This document shows, piece after piece, positions 23,932-34,581 of a DNA stretch of 64,000 nucleotides (positions are counted from its first letter, which is position 1; each line of letters begins with the position of its first letter). A model generated the notes under the pieces. It was not told the DNA's origin and ran no database searches. It worked only from the letters and a program-made list of their open reading frames with translations. The translations under genes were made by a program, and so were the position numbers. The DNA comes from Thermodesulfobacteriota bacterium (GTDB lineage: Bacteria > Desulfobacterota_D > UBA1144 > Nemesobacterales > UBA2774): contig OY729416.1 in the NCBI GenBank assembly GCA_963422265.1, positions 1,632,001-1,696,000 on the forward strand, read 5' to 3'.

Positions 23932-25704
23932 TCAAAGCAGGTCTTCCCTCATTCTCCTATAAGCGGAAATGCCTGAACCGATTGAAATCATTATGAAAAG
24001 TCCACCTAAGTAAAAATGTCCGAGCAAAAATTTCCCAACCCCTATCATGCCAAAGAAAATAAAGCTGACTCCAAACAACCAGTTAATGATGACTGGAGAG
24101 AAGTTTGCCTTTTCAATTTCTTGACACTTATCGCTAACGGGCTTCCACCAACCCCAGGGACGAACCCTTTTATAGAAGTTAGCCAAAGTGCTCAGGGGCT
24201 CTGGTGCCGTTGCGTAGGTGGCGACGATCCACGCAACGATTGAGATTGGTATTACCATAATCTGATGCTTTAGTTCAACAGATATGCCGTGATGTTTGGT
24301 ATATACAACTAGGACTAGAATCGTGAGTAGTGAAGAGGCAAGCGCTGTTATCTCAGACCATGCGTTTACCCGCCACCAGAACCACCTTAGAATGAGCACC
24401 AAGCCTATGCCCGCGCTCATTGCCCAGAGGAAAATCCAGGCTTTCCCAATGTCCTGAATTTGAAAGGCGCAATATCCGGCGACGGCCGTTAGAATCAAGG
24501 TGCAAACCCTTGAGATCAATATATAATGACTCTCCGTAGCGTCCCTTCTAATGAACCGTCTGTATATATCGTTTATTAGATAAGAGGTGCCCCAGTTCAA
24601 CTGTGTAGATATTGTTGACATAAACGCTGCGAGGAAGCTTACGAACAGTAGCCCTTTCAGACCCGGACCCAGGAAATCCCTTATAATCAATACGTAAACA
24701 GCCTCCTGATCGCCCCCTAGAATTTGCGCCCTTGGATAAATTATCAAAGATGCTAACGCTACAAGTATCCAGGGCCAAAGACGAAGTATATAATGGTTCA
24801 CGGCGAACCATGCGGTTCCCAATACGGCGTGACGCTCATCCTTTGCAGAGGATATTCTCTGAATAAAGTATCCTCCCCCGTCCGCATTATGAGACGACCA
24901 CCAAACTATGGTTACGTAAATGAGAAACGTGAAGAAACTGGACGACCAAAGCCCATCGCTGACGGGGTCACCCCCTGAGGGGGTCATAAAAAATGAATAA
25001 TGATCCTTGTCCATACTGCCGAGTTTTTGTAAAAACCCACTGAATCCTCCGATTTCAGGAGAACCTATTACAACCCAGGCTAAAGCCACCGTTCCGAAAA
25101 GCGCTATGAAATACTGGAGAAAATCAGTCAGGGCGACCCCCCAAAGTCCCGACGTCATGGTGTAGAAAAATGCTATGGATATACAAATCACAACGGCTAG
25201 AGTGGCTTCTACTCCAAAGAAAACCTTAAAAACCTTTGCCATCGCGCTAATTACCCAACCCATAACTATGAAGTTAAACAACGTAGCGAAGTAAAGAGCC
25301 TTAAAACCCCTAAGGAACGCCGCTGGTTTTCCGCTGTAGCGTATTTCAATAAGCTCGTTATCCGTAATCACACGCGCCCTTCTCCAGAGCCTTGCGAAGA
25401 CCAAAACAACAAGCGCGTGGCTGAATAGATAGTTCCACCAAAACCAGTTCTTCCATATCCCGTCCGTGCGTATCCAGCCTGTAACGGCTAAAGGCGTATC
25501 AGCGGCGAATGTGGTCGCTACCATAGATGTGCCTAGTATCCACCAGGGCATGTTTCTGTTAGATATAAAATAAGAGGAAGCACTCCTGCTTGCCCTGCGG
25601 GCGAAATATACGCCAACGCCGAGTGACAATAGCAGATAAGCTATTACTATTATCCAATCTATAGGGCTGAGTGCAGAAAGGGCATGATTGACCGAATCAG
25701 GCAT
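23932..25704 (-). CDS. Sodium:solute symporter family protein
   Basis: Many TM segments; GTSMVATTFAADTP and AAFMSTISTQLNWG motifs. Confidence 0.9.
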   Translation of the reverse strand: MPDSVNHALSALSPIDWIIVIAYLLLSLGVGVYFARRASRSASSYFISNRNMPWWILGTSMVATTFAADTPLAVTGWIRTDGIWKNWFWWNYLFSHALVVLVFARLWRRARVITDNELIEIRYSGKPAAFLRGFKALYFATLFNFIVMGWVISAMAKVFKVFFGVEATLAVVICISIAFFYTMTSGLWGVALTDFLQYFIALFGTVALAWVVIGSPEIGGFSGFLQKLGSMDKDHYSFFMTPSGGDPVSDGLWSSSFFTFLIYVTIVWWSSHNADGGGYFIQRISSAKDERHAVLGTAWFAVNHYILRLWPWILVALASLIIYPRAQILGGDQEAVYVLIIRDFLGPGLKGLLFVSFLAAFMSTISTQLNWGTSYLINDIYRRFIRRDATESHYILISRVCTLILTAVAGYCAFQIQDIGKAWIFLWAMSAGIGLVLILRWFWWRVNAWSEITALASSLLTILVLVVYTKHHGISVELKHQIMVIPISIVAWIVATYATAPEPLSTLANFYKRVRPWGWWKPVSDKCQEIEKANFSPVIINWLFGVSFIFFGMIGVGKFLLGHFYLGGLFIMISIGSGISAYRRMREDLL

Positions 25705-25816
25705 TGGATTTGTAATTTAACTGATTTCCCCTTTCTCTATTCTCTGAATTCATTATTCTACTTGACAGTTTTATGACGTTTATCTACATTATTTTACGAG
25801 TAGAGGGAGTGGCGAA

Positions 25817-26389
25817 GTGCAGCAGTTACATCACGATATACCTAAAGAATTTCTGCCTCACCAATCGCAAGAGCAGTCCGGTTCCCGATCGGAGTCTGTG
25901 GAGGAGATGACGATGAGTGATAAAGCTATAGATGAATTAAAACAAATAGTGATTGATGGCTTTGAAGCGGCAAGGAGGGAGACGAAAGAGGACCTGCAGA
26001 GGCTAGAGGATAAGCTCGAAAGAAGGTTTGACAAGAAGTTTGAGAAGGTGGATGAGAGGTTTGATAGGATAGACGAGAGGTTTGATAGGATAGACGAGAG
26101 GTTTGAGAAAGTAGATGAGAGGTTTGAGAAAGTAGATGAGAAGTTTGAGAAGGTAAATGAGAAGTTTGAGAAGGTAAACGAGAAGTTTGAGAAGGTAAAC
26201 GAGAAGTTTGAGAGAGTGGATGAGAGGTTTGATAGGTTAGAGGATAAGTTTGAATCGAGATTTGACGGTGTTGAGAATAGGCTGAGCGTGATTGAAGCGC
26301 AATTATCAATGGGGAAATGGGTGCTAGGCGTGCTTCTAGGTCAGCTAGCGGTATTACTTTCTATAGCTCTAAAGATGTTTTTTAACTGA
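25817..26389 (+). CDS. Heptad-repeat coiled-coil protein with C-terminal TM anchor (Bdr/DUF1640-like architecture)
   Basis: Ten (K/R)F(E/D)(K/R)(V/I/L)xx repeats then a hydrophobic tail; start may be 25907 or 25913 (GGAGGAG SD). Confidence 0.75.
   Translation: MQQLHHDIPKEFLPHQSQEQSGSRSESVEEMTMSDKAIDELKQIVIDGFEAARRETKEDLQRLEDKLERRFDKKFEKVDERFDRIDERFDRIDERFEKVDERFEKVDEKFEKVNEKFEKVNEKFEKVNEKFERVDERFDRLEDKFESRFDGVENRLSVIEAQLSMGKWVLGVLLGQLAVLLSIALKMFFN
26036..26245 (+). repeat. 21-bp coding tandem repeat, 10 copies
   Basis: Consensus A(A/G)GTTTGA(G/T)A(A/G)G(G/A)TAGA(T/C)GAG. Confidence 0.9.
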
Positions 26390-26910
26390 CCTCTTTCCTT
26401 TTTTGCTTTGATTTTCCTACTATAGGATCTATTATGAACAGTTTCACTAAACCAGCTAATGAAGTAATACCAATTAAGCTTCCAGCCAATGCCGAGCCGA
26501 ATATTCCAATTGCTCCCGCTGTTAGTAGGCCTAGCTATTGAAATTGACAACCCCATATATTGACCACGTTTTGCTGCATCGAAGTTTTTATCCATCATAT
26601 TTTCTTCTAGTTGCATTCTGTGCTCTTGTTGTTTTTCGAAGCTCTTGAGAATTCTTTCTGCGGCATTGGGTACGGCTTTATTATACGCTTCCAACATCCC
26701 TGGAGGGGGTAAAGGACCCGAATAAGCAGATGCTTTTACAACAGATACTTGATCTACAGGTAGTTTTTTTAGGACTTCGGATAAGACTTCTTTGGGTAGC
26801 TCCTTTAAGACTCCAGCGATCTGCCCTGGTTCTTGGAGAGGAAGTACTTCTTTTGGTCTTTCAATTTGTTCACTTTTTGTGCCGCTTTTGTCGTTTCTAT
26901 CTTCAACCAT
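26382..26910 (-). pseudogene. DUF2335-type predicted membrane protein, +1 frameshift near 26535
   Basis: YSGPLPPP…AAERIL…EQQEHR motif; the shifted frame supplies LGLLTAGAIGIFGSALAGSLIGITSLAGLVKLFII and a stop at 26382. Confidence 0.75.
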
Positions 26911-27027
26911 ATTTCAGATTCTATCGCTATCCTGGCGATCTATTTATATAGATAATTTATTTAGATTAGAGGAAGCCCCTGACTTCCTTAAGCTCTATTC
27001 TTAGTCCAATGATTTCTATGGAAGATA

Positions 27028-27243
27028 TTATACTGTTTCGTTTATATCAGAGAGCGCATTTCTTAGATCATCGCCTATCGCTTTCCAGTCTTGTCCCAAA
27101 GCCTCCTCGTCGCTAAGTTCAAGCAAATTATGGTTGAACTGGATTGCTGATTGTCCAGACAAGTCCCATACTGATTTAACAGAGGTTAAAACATCCGGAA
27201 TGAATGCGTCAAATACCCAAGCTGGCTTTCCCTTCTTAAACAC
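27028..27243 (-). CDS. Small hypothetical protein upstream of the DUF2335 gene
   Basis: SD before GTG; C-terminal DEEALGQDWKAIGDDLRNAL helix. Confidence 0.6.
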   Translation of the reverse strand: MFKKGKPAWVFDAFIPDVLTSVKSVWDLSGQSAIQFNHNLLELSDEEALGQDWKAIGDDLRNALSDINETV

Positions 27244-27340
27244 TGTGCCCTCCCTTACCCTTAATTACAAAAGACAATAAAATGATTTACCCTTCTGTAT
27301 ATAGCTTTATAGCATTACCTTTAGGCTTACCAACCTATTG

Positions 27341-27979
27341 TTAATGATTCAAAGCCACCGGATTGTGAGGTTTTGCAATCAAAAGGCAATAGACTACCCG
27401 TCCTTTATCCCCTTGTTCTTCCATTATAGCGTCTCTTAACAGGATAGAAAAAATGGGGAACGCCTGAAGAAGCAGTAAGCCAGTTCTATACACCTCTTTT
27501 TTTATATTATCTTTAACGTCATCGTCAACTTCATTGTAAATGGACTCTCCCAGTTCCATAGCCTTTTCTTGTATGTCGTAACTATTGGAGATTGACTCAA
27601 ACATAGGGCGCAGCCTATACATCTGGTCCTTTATAATCTCTTCCGCCTTTACGTTATCTGAAATTGCCTTCCCCACCTTCGACAGTTTTATTGGACTTTC
27701 GGATATGGTGATTTCTTTTCCAAATCCAGCCTTAGACAGAAGCATATTTACGGCGCTTGCTAGACCAACAAGAGTTGAATCTATTGTATTTAATTTAGAG
27801 TCCATTCTCTTTACGTCAGACTTTAGAATCTGCACATCGGACTTTAGTGTCCCTATACCTTTATCGTGAGATTTTCGTTTCTCCATCCATCTACCTATCT
27901 GGACGCTGAATGTAATTATGGCTAGGCTGATTGCTAGAACAAAACCTCCAACTCCTACAATAGTTATTATATGATCCAT
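27341..27979 (-). CDS. Uncharacterised family A paralog 1 (TM, coiled coil, NSYDIQEKAM domain)
   Basis: Clear similarity to 29758..30318 and 44741..45352. Confidence 0.8.
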   Translation of the reverse strand: MDHIITIVGVGGFVLAISLAIITFSVQIGRWMEKRKSHDKGIGTLKSDVQILKSDVKRMDSKLNTIDSTLVGLASAVNMLLSKAGFGKEITISESPIKLSKVGKAISDNVKAEEIIKDQMYRLRPMFESISNSYDIQEKAMELGESIYNEVDDDVKDNIKKEVYRTGLLLLQAFPIFSILLRDAIMEEQGDKGRVVYCLLIAKPHNPVALNH

Positions 27980-28054
27980 GCCCTTGTCCTGATAATTATC
28001 ATAACTTCCTTATAAATAATCATATAATATTCATCAGTCCTGTGTCAACTCACC

Positions 28055-28420
28055 AACCAGGGGGTCGGGGAACGATTACCATTCCCTAACACACTCCCCC
28101 TTTAAAAAAGGGGGGATTTGATGTGGCATCGGGGAATGAAAACACCTTCTCTAATATTCCCCTCAATACCTTTACTAGGTTCCTACTTGAGCAGGAGTGA
28201 CGGCTACCCCCCCCCCCTTCTATTATTGTGTAGGGGTAACCCTTGTGGTTACCCTTGCCACCACACCTTAAGGGGCGACCACAAGGGTCGCCCCTACAGA
28301 TAAAAGCAAATCCACCCTAACCCTCCTTTACGAAAGGAGGGGAATATCCTTTCTAACTTCAGAGCCTACTGAAGGGGGAAGTGCAAAAGGGGAATCTCAT
28401 CTTTTCCTCTTTAGAAAAGC
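28055..28420 (+). repeat. Composite REP-like element
   Basis: CCCCCTTTAAAAAAGGGGG, GTAG doublet with GGGCGACCACAAGGGTCGCCCCTAC, CCCTCCTTTACGAAAGGAGGG. Confidence 0.88.
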
Positions 28421-28457
28421 TGTATTTAACGGGGTGCAATGATGGCAATATTACTTG

Positions 28458-28791
28458 TTAGTCGCTATTTTTTGCGAAATAGAAGGAAATAACCAGAGTG
28501 ATTAAGGGGATAACGCCGATTTTCATTAACTCCCAAACTGCTTCAGTTGTAAGTGTATTTCTGCTCTCTCGGGTTGTTGAGCAGGGGCATTCGTTGCTTC
28601 CTATCAGCCTGTACTCTAAATACTGTAGAACATATTAGTGCCACAACGCAAAAAATACCAACTCCAACGAGGAATCGCTTCGCAAATTGAAACTTTTCAG
28701 ATGGACTAGGCTCGGTTGCTTTGACGCCTGGATTCTTGTGTGGTTTTAAGTTTAAAGGTTTACTGTTTGCATCGTTCGTTTCACTTGTCAT
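28458..28791 (-). pseudogene. Two-TM membrane protein, +1 frameshift near 28620
   Basis: First TM FLVGVGIFCVVALICSTV; the shifted frame gives a second TM VWELMKIGVIPLITLVISFYF and a stop at 28458. Confidence 0.6.
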
Positions 28792-29002
28792 CCCAGATTC
28801 CTGCTATTTCCCTAAAATTCTTCTCGCACATCAAACCAAGAGTGCCTTTATCATCGTTTTTATACTCATCCGCCATGCTGAGCAGATCAAAGGCTTTGTT
28901 CAGTGTTTCCTTTATAGCCTCTTTATCGCTACACCTACCTTTGGTGAACCTCCTAGAAAAATCAATCATCTCATCGGATAAATCAACATTATATTTAGGC
29001 AT
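28781..29002 (-). CDS. Ribbon-helix-helix-like small protein
   Basis: MPKYNVDLSDEM beta-strand/helix pattern, similar to 37789..37998; GGGGGTG SD. Confidence 0.55.
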   Translation of the reverse strand: MPKYNVDLSDEMIDFSRRFTKGRCSDKEAIKETLNKAFDLLSMADEYKNDDKGTLGLMCEKNFREIAGIWDDK

Positions 29003-29094
29003 GTTCTCACCCCCTATAATCCCATTTTAAACAATCATCAGTCTTCGTCAACTATCTTTTATCTGTCAACATTAGATAATCGTCGCGGAGGATT

Positions 29095-29612
29095 CCCGCG
29101 CATATCCCCCATTTCATCATTGTGTGTGGGTAACCCTAGTGGTACCCACACCACCACACCTTAAGGGGCGACCACAAGGGTCGCCCCTACAGATAAAAGA
29201 AAATCCACCCTCACCCTCCTTTACGAAAGGAGGGGAATATCCTTTCTAACCTCAGAGCCTACCGAAGGGGGAAGCGCAAAAGGGGAATCTCATCTTTCCC
29301 CCTCTCACCAACCAGAGGGTTGGGGAACGATTACCATTCCCTAACACACTCCCCCTTTAGAAAAGGGGGACTAAGGGGGATTTGATAGGGCATCGGGGAA
29401 TGCAAACACCTTCTCTAAATATTCCCCTCAATACCTTTACTAGGTTCCTACTTGAGTAGGAATGACGGCTACCCCCCATTCCATCATTGTGTGTGGGTAA
29501 CCCTAGTGGTACCCACACCACCACACCTTAAGGGACGACCACAAGGGTCGCCCCTACAGATAAAAGAAAATCCACCCTCACCCCAACCCTCTCCCAGAGG
29601 GCGAGGGGGAAA
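29095..29612 (+). repeat. Composite REP-like element, tandem duplicated units
   Basis: Near-identical GTAG doublets at about 29110-29215 and 29475-29580; ends in CCCTCACCCCAACCCTCTCCCAGAGGG. Confidence 0.88.
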
Positions 29613-29757
29613 AGATAGATTTCTCGGAAGTTCTTGACACACTATCAAGGGTTTTTTATCATTGGTAATACAGTTAGTTAAAGTCATGGTGGCGTGAAGA
29701 GGGAGGTTTTTTTGTTGGTATATATGAGCTTTCCATTTTATATAAAAGGAGGGAGAA

Positions 29758-30318
29758 ATGGAAGCATGGGGTATCGCAGGTGTGGTATTTGCTATTATAG
29801 TAACTATAGTCGGTTTTGCCTTTTGGATGGGGAGGTTTGCGGGGAAATGGGGTGAAAAAGAGAAGATGCTTGATGGGGTCCGTGACGATATAGATAAAAT
29901 AAAATCAGACATCTCTAGCATAGATATAGATATAGACAAAATAAAATTAGACATCTCTAGCATAAGAGATAAACTCACTATGCTTTTATCTAAAGATAAT
30001 GTGAGCATAACATCATGTGATAGTCCTATTAGACTAAATGCGCGAGGCCAGGAAATTGTAGAGAAAGTAAAAGCGGTAGAAGTAGTGAATGCCCAAATAG
30101 GTAGCTTGCGTCCTATGTTTACACAGATCACTAATAGTTATGACATTCAGGAGAAGGCAATGGGGTTGGGTCAGTCTATTTATGAACAACTCGATGATAA
30201 CTCTAAGGATATTGTAAAGAAAGTGGCTTTTGATAGTGGACTGCCTATTTCTGAGATGTTCACAATATTTTCGATTTTATTGAGGGACATCATAATTAAG
30301 GAAAAAGGGGACCACTAA
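29758..30318 (+). CDS. Uncharacterised family A paralog 2
   Basis: AAGGAGG SD; TM, DIDKIKxDISSI repeats, SPIRL…NSYDIQEKAM…FSILLRD. Confidence 0.8.
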   Translation: MEAWGIAGVVFAIIVTIVGFAFWMGRFAGKWGEKEKMLDGVRDDIDKIKSDISSIDIDIDKIKLDISSIRDKLTMLLSKDNVSITSCDSPIRLNARGQEIVEKVKAVEVVNAQIGSLRPMFTQITNSYDIQEKAMGLGQSIYEQLDDNSKDIVKKVAFDSGLPISEMFTIFSILLRDIIIKEKGDH

Positions 30319-30330
30319 CAGCAAAGAGTT

Positions 30331-31340
30331 TCAAATCCCCCTGTATCCCCCTTTTCTAAAGGGGGAGTATGTAAGGAAGAATCTCCTTCTTCCTCCATTT
30401 CCATTCCAGGTGTGAAAATCAGCGAGTCGCTATAATATGCGGTAAGTCAAGAGACGTCATCCCCCCTCCTTTTTTTTCATCTTTTTGTAGGGGTAACCCT
30501 TGTGGTTACCCTTATCCTTATCTTAGCAGTGCAACCCTATAGACAAGAAAATCCACCCTAACCCTCCTTTACAAAAGGAGGGGAATATCCTTTCTAACTT
30601 CAGAGCCTACTGAAGGGGGAAGCGCAAAAGGGGAATCTCGTCTTTCCCCCTCTCACTAGGTTGGTGACCCTGTCGAACCAGGGTGAGGGCACTTCCGTCA
30701 TTTCTGCCACCGCCTGTCCCCCGCGGTCTCTTGAGCGGAGAACTGGAAATCCAGAAGGGGAAACGGGGAACGATTACCATTCCCTAACACATTCCCCCTT
30801 TAGAAAAGGGGGACTAAGGGGGATTTGATGGGGGGATGGGGGATCGGGGAATGCAAACACCTTCTCTAATATTCCCCTCAATACCTTTACCATGTTCCTA
30901 CTTGAGCAGGAGTGACGGCTACCCCCCCCCCTTCCATCATTTTATAGGGGTAACTCTAGTGGTTACCCTTGCCACCACACCTTAAAGGCGACCATTCTTC
31001 AACAAGTTCAGGATATCGCTAGAGTGGTCGCCCCTACATATAAAAGCAAATCCACCCTAACCCTCCTTTACAAAAGGAGGGGAATATCCTTTCTAATCTC
31101 AGAGCCTACTGAAGGGCAAAGTGCAACCAGGAAAATCGGGAACGTTCCTACTTTGCGTACCCCCCCCCTTTTTTTCATCTTTTTGTTAACCCTTGTGGTT
31201 ACCCTTATCCTTTCTTAGCACAACCCTATAGACAAGGGAATCCACCCTGACCCTCCTTTACGAAAGGAGGGGAATATCCTTTCTAGCTCCTGACCTCACC
31301 TAATGGCAAAGCGCAACTAGGAAAATCGGGAACGTTTGCG
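30331..31340 (+). repeat. Composite repeat block; left arm of an inverted repeat with 33550..34240
   Basis: 30331..31083 matches the reverse complement of 33550..34240 module by module. Confidence 0.88.
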
Positions 31341-31542
31341 TATTTCTTCACATTTTCTTGACCCTTGACATTGTTACGCGTGTTAGTTTGCCATACTTAA
31401 AGGAAGGGAGAGATTATAGGGATATTTATGACATCTTTGTAAAGGGTTTTAGGCTTGCGCGTAAAAAACTCTTGACAATGCTGTTTCTTTTGTATTAAAG
31501 TAAACTTATAACTCTCGAAAAATAAACAAAGGAGGTAAGGAG

Positions 31543-33136
31543 ATGATAGGTAAAGCCAAATGGCTTATTGTATTTTTGTTAGCCGTCGGTATGGCAGTTC
31601 CTACTTTTGCGGTGGAATTGACATTAGGTGGCTTCCCAAGCTATATGCGCACGAGGGCGCGTTTTCTGAACAATGCGACGTTCGTGTCGGCGTTGACCGA
31701 TCAGCAGGCGCAGGGGCTTGGGTTTAAGGACAACGAAGGGCAAATCTTTTTCGTTGATACTACACTGCGTTTAACCCCGCAGTTGGTTCTTAGCGATTCC
31801 GCCACGATTAGGGCGCAGGTTGATGTGTTTAGCAATAACGTCTGGGGCGGAGTCGGTTCAGGTTTCTTAGGTGGTGTAGGTGGTGACTTTGGGAGTAAGA
31901 ATACAGTAGTGAACTCTAGCATATCGCCGAGCGATAGGTTCAGGGGAGCAAAGCTGCTTTCGAATGGTGCTACTGATAATCCCGGGTTCTTCGATGTCCG
32001 GATGCTTCACGCCGATATAGTTCTACCCAATAACCTTGGGTTCGTAAGGGTTGGGCGTCAGCCTTTTGACTGGGGCTTGGGGATTTTGGCGAACGGCGGA
32101 CACGACCCGTATTCCGACCTTGGATTCGTTGTTGACAGGTTCCTATGGCTCAAGTCATTCCCAACGGGAACTGGATCCACAACCTTAGTCGTGGTTAGCG
32201 ATAGATTCACACAGGGCAGCCGTATAGTAACCGGTAGTGGAGACGGCTGGGATGCTGCGGCGGTTGCTTTAATCTATAACCAGCCAGATATGAACGGCGT
32301 CAATTTTACGATTGGCGGTTACGTGTTCCCTTACATTCATCAGGACAATGTTGTATATGACTTCGGTGGTGATCCAGGGGCATTCAGAGGCTTTAATCTG
32401 GACAGATTCACCCTCTATTCTGGTATGCTTGATCTCAAAACGGATGCGTGGAGGCTTGCTGCAGAGATTCAGGGAGGTTTCGGTAATATAGAAAGCCCTG
32501 TGGACTCTTCCAGCTTTCGGCTATAACAAAGGAGATAATGATATAGCTGCCTCAAACTTCATAGCCGTGGCTCGCGCCGAGTATTATCCCGGTGGCTCCA
32601 CTAAGGTAGTGGCTGTTGAGGGTGGTTGGGCACCGGGCGACGATGGATCGACGCCTGGCAAGATTGAAGGTGGCGTTCCATTCTTTAACCCCGCTTATAA
32701 CCTAGACAATCTGCTCTTCAAACACATCATCCCAGATATCTATAACGTAGAGAGCAGCGTCTATAACGCTTACTATGCGAAATTATGGGCAACGATGAAG
32801 CTAAGTGATAGTGCTTCCTTCACGCCTCAGGTCTTAGCAGCGTTTAACCAGGAAACTGAGAATCCTTCGGCTCGGGGTTTGGGTGGAAGCGATTTCCAAA
32901 ATGCGAAACTTGGTTCCTATATGGCTACCGAGGTAGAGGGGACTTTGACGTGGCATGTAACGCCTGGCGTAACCTTGGACACTATAGGCAGCTTGGTACT
33001 CCCGGCGGATAGCTTTGATAGTTTGATGGAGGCAAGAGCTAATGCTGCTGCTGAAGTTGATAACGCTAAATATGACTCAACGCCTTGGGCTGTTCAGACT
33101 AGGCTGATGATAGCTATAGATGAGTTCTTGAAATAA
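31543..33136 (+). pseudogene. Outer-membrane beta-barrel/porin-like protein split by a +1 frameshift near 32500
   Basis: AAGGAGG SD, signal peptide, amphipathic strands, VGRQPFDWGLG motif; the second ORF's frame is open upstream to about 32492 (TLPAFGYNKGDNDIAASNFIAVARAEY). Confidence 0.65.
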
Positions 33137-33200
33137 AAGCAAACGAATTGGGATAAGCAAGTTTTCCACATGGATACGCGCTTTCCCTAGTAAAAGACTT

Positions 33201-33242
33201 AAAAGCCCCTTCTATTATTTGCTAATAGAGGGGGCTTTTTTT
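33201..33242 (+). terminator. Rho-independent terminator
   Basis: AAAAGCCCCTTCTATTA-loop-TAATAGAGGGGGCTTTT followed by a T-run. Confidence 0.8.
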
Positions 33243-33339
33243 ATTCGCAGGTGCATGCCCCTTTCCCAGAGGGAGAATATCTGAACTGTGATTTTTGGGA
33301 TGGAATGACGGGCTATGATTAAGAGGATAAAAGAATAAA

Positions 33340-34515
33340 TCCCCCTGTGTCCCCCCTTCGACAAGCTCAGGACACAACCTTCGGCTAGCAGTTCGGCAAG
33401 GGCTCCCTTCGGTGAACTCAGGATGACACACTGACCGCTCAGGGTAGCACTTTTCTAAAGGAGGAGAAGAAATGGGTAGATTTCCTGTGTGCCCCTATAG
33501 AAAATAAGGAAAGCCTTTTGGTAAGTTCAGATGGTGATGGCAAAAGACATCCCCTCCTTTTGTAAAGGAGGGTTAGGGTGGATTTCCTTGTCTGTAGGGT
33601 CTCCCCGACCCTAGTGGTCGCCCTTAAGGTAAGGATGGCGAGGGTAACCACTAGTGGGTTACCCCTACAAAATGACGGGAAGGGGGGGGATAGCCGTCAC
33701 TCCTACTCAAGTAGGAACATGGTAAAGGTATTGAGGGGAATATTAGAGAAGGTGTTGTCATTCACCGATGCCCCATCAAATCCCCCTTAGTCCCCCTTTT
33801 CTAAAGGGGGAATGTGTTAGGGAATGGTAATCGTTCCCCGTTTTCCCTTCTGGATTTCTAGTTCTCCGCTCAAGAGACCGCGGGGGACAGGCGGTGGCAG
33901 AAATGACGGAAGTGCCCTCACCCTGGTTCTACAGGCTCACCAACCTAGCGAGAGGGGGAAAGACAAGATTCCCTTTTTGCGCTTCTCCCTTCAGTAGGCT
34001 CAGAGATTAGAAAGGATATTCCCCTCCTTTTATCTGTAGGGTCAGCCCCTAAGGTAAGGATCAGGGTAACCACAAGGGTTACCCCTACAAAAAGATGGAA
34101 GGGGGGGGAAATGACGTCTCTTGACTTACCGCATATTATAGCGACTCGCTGATTTTCACACCTGGAATGGAAATGGAGGAAGAAGGAGATTCTTCCTTAC
34201 ATACTCCCCCTTTAGAAAAGGGGGACTAAGGGGGATTTGACGGGGGGCAATGAGTGTCGTCCTTCCCGCTCCTGTATCGGGGTATGGGATAGATTCTGAG
34301 CGGGGAATGAGAACATTCCTTCCCTCCTACCCCTTCTTGGATTTCCTGCTTATGTAGGAATGACGATTTCCACGCATCACCCATCCCATCATTTTGTAGC
34401 AGGAACTCAAGGGAGCTTTGGAAACCTGTGCTAGATGTAACCTTATCCTCAATTATTCTCCAATAAGGAAACTGTAAAAAAGGGTTGACAATGTTTGTGG
34501 ATTTTGGTACAAGGG
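33340..34515 (-). repeat. Composite repeat block, mostly in reverse orientation, ending in a promoter module
   Basis: CTTCGACAAGCTCAGG, reversed GTAG and hairpin modules; 34335-34513 matches 40801-40978. Confidence 0.85.
34485..34513 (+). promoter_or_regulatory. Putative sigma70 promoter (TTGACA-17 bp-TACAAG); identical copy at 40950..40978
   Basis: Perfect -35 box, 17-nt spacer, imperfect -10; upstream of the patatin gene. Confidence 0.55.
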
Positions 34516-34581
34516 AAAGTATGGAGGAAAAAGGCGGATTGCAATTAGAGACTACCTATTTTCCATAAACGGAGGACTACC

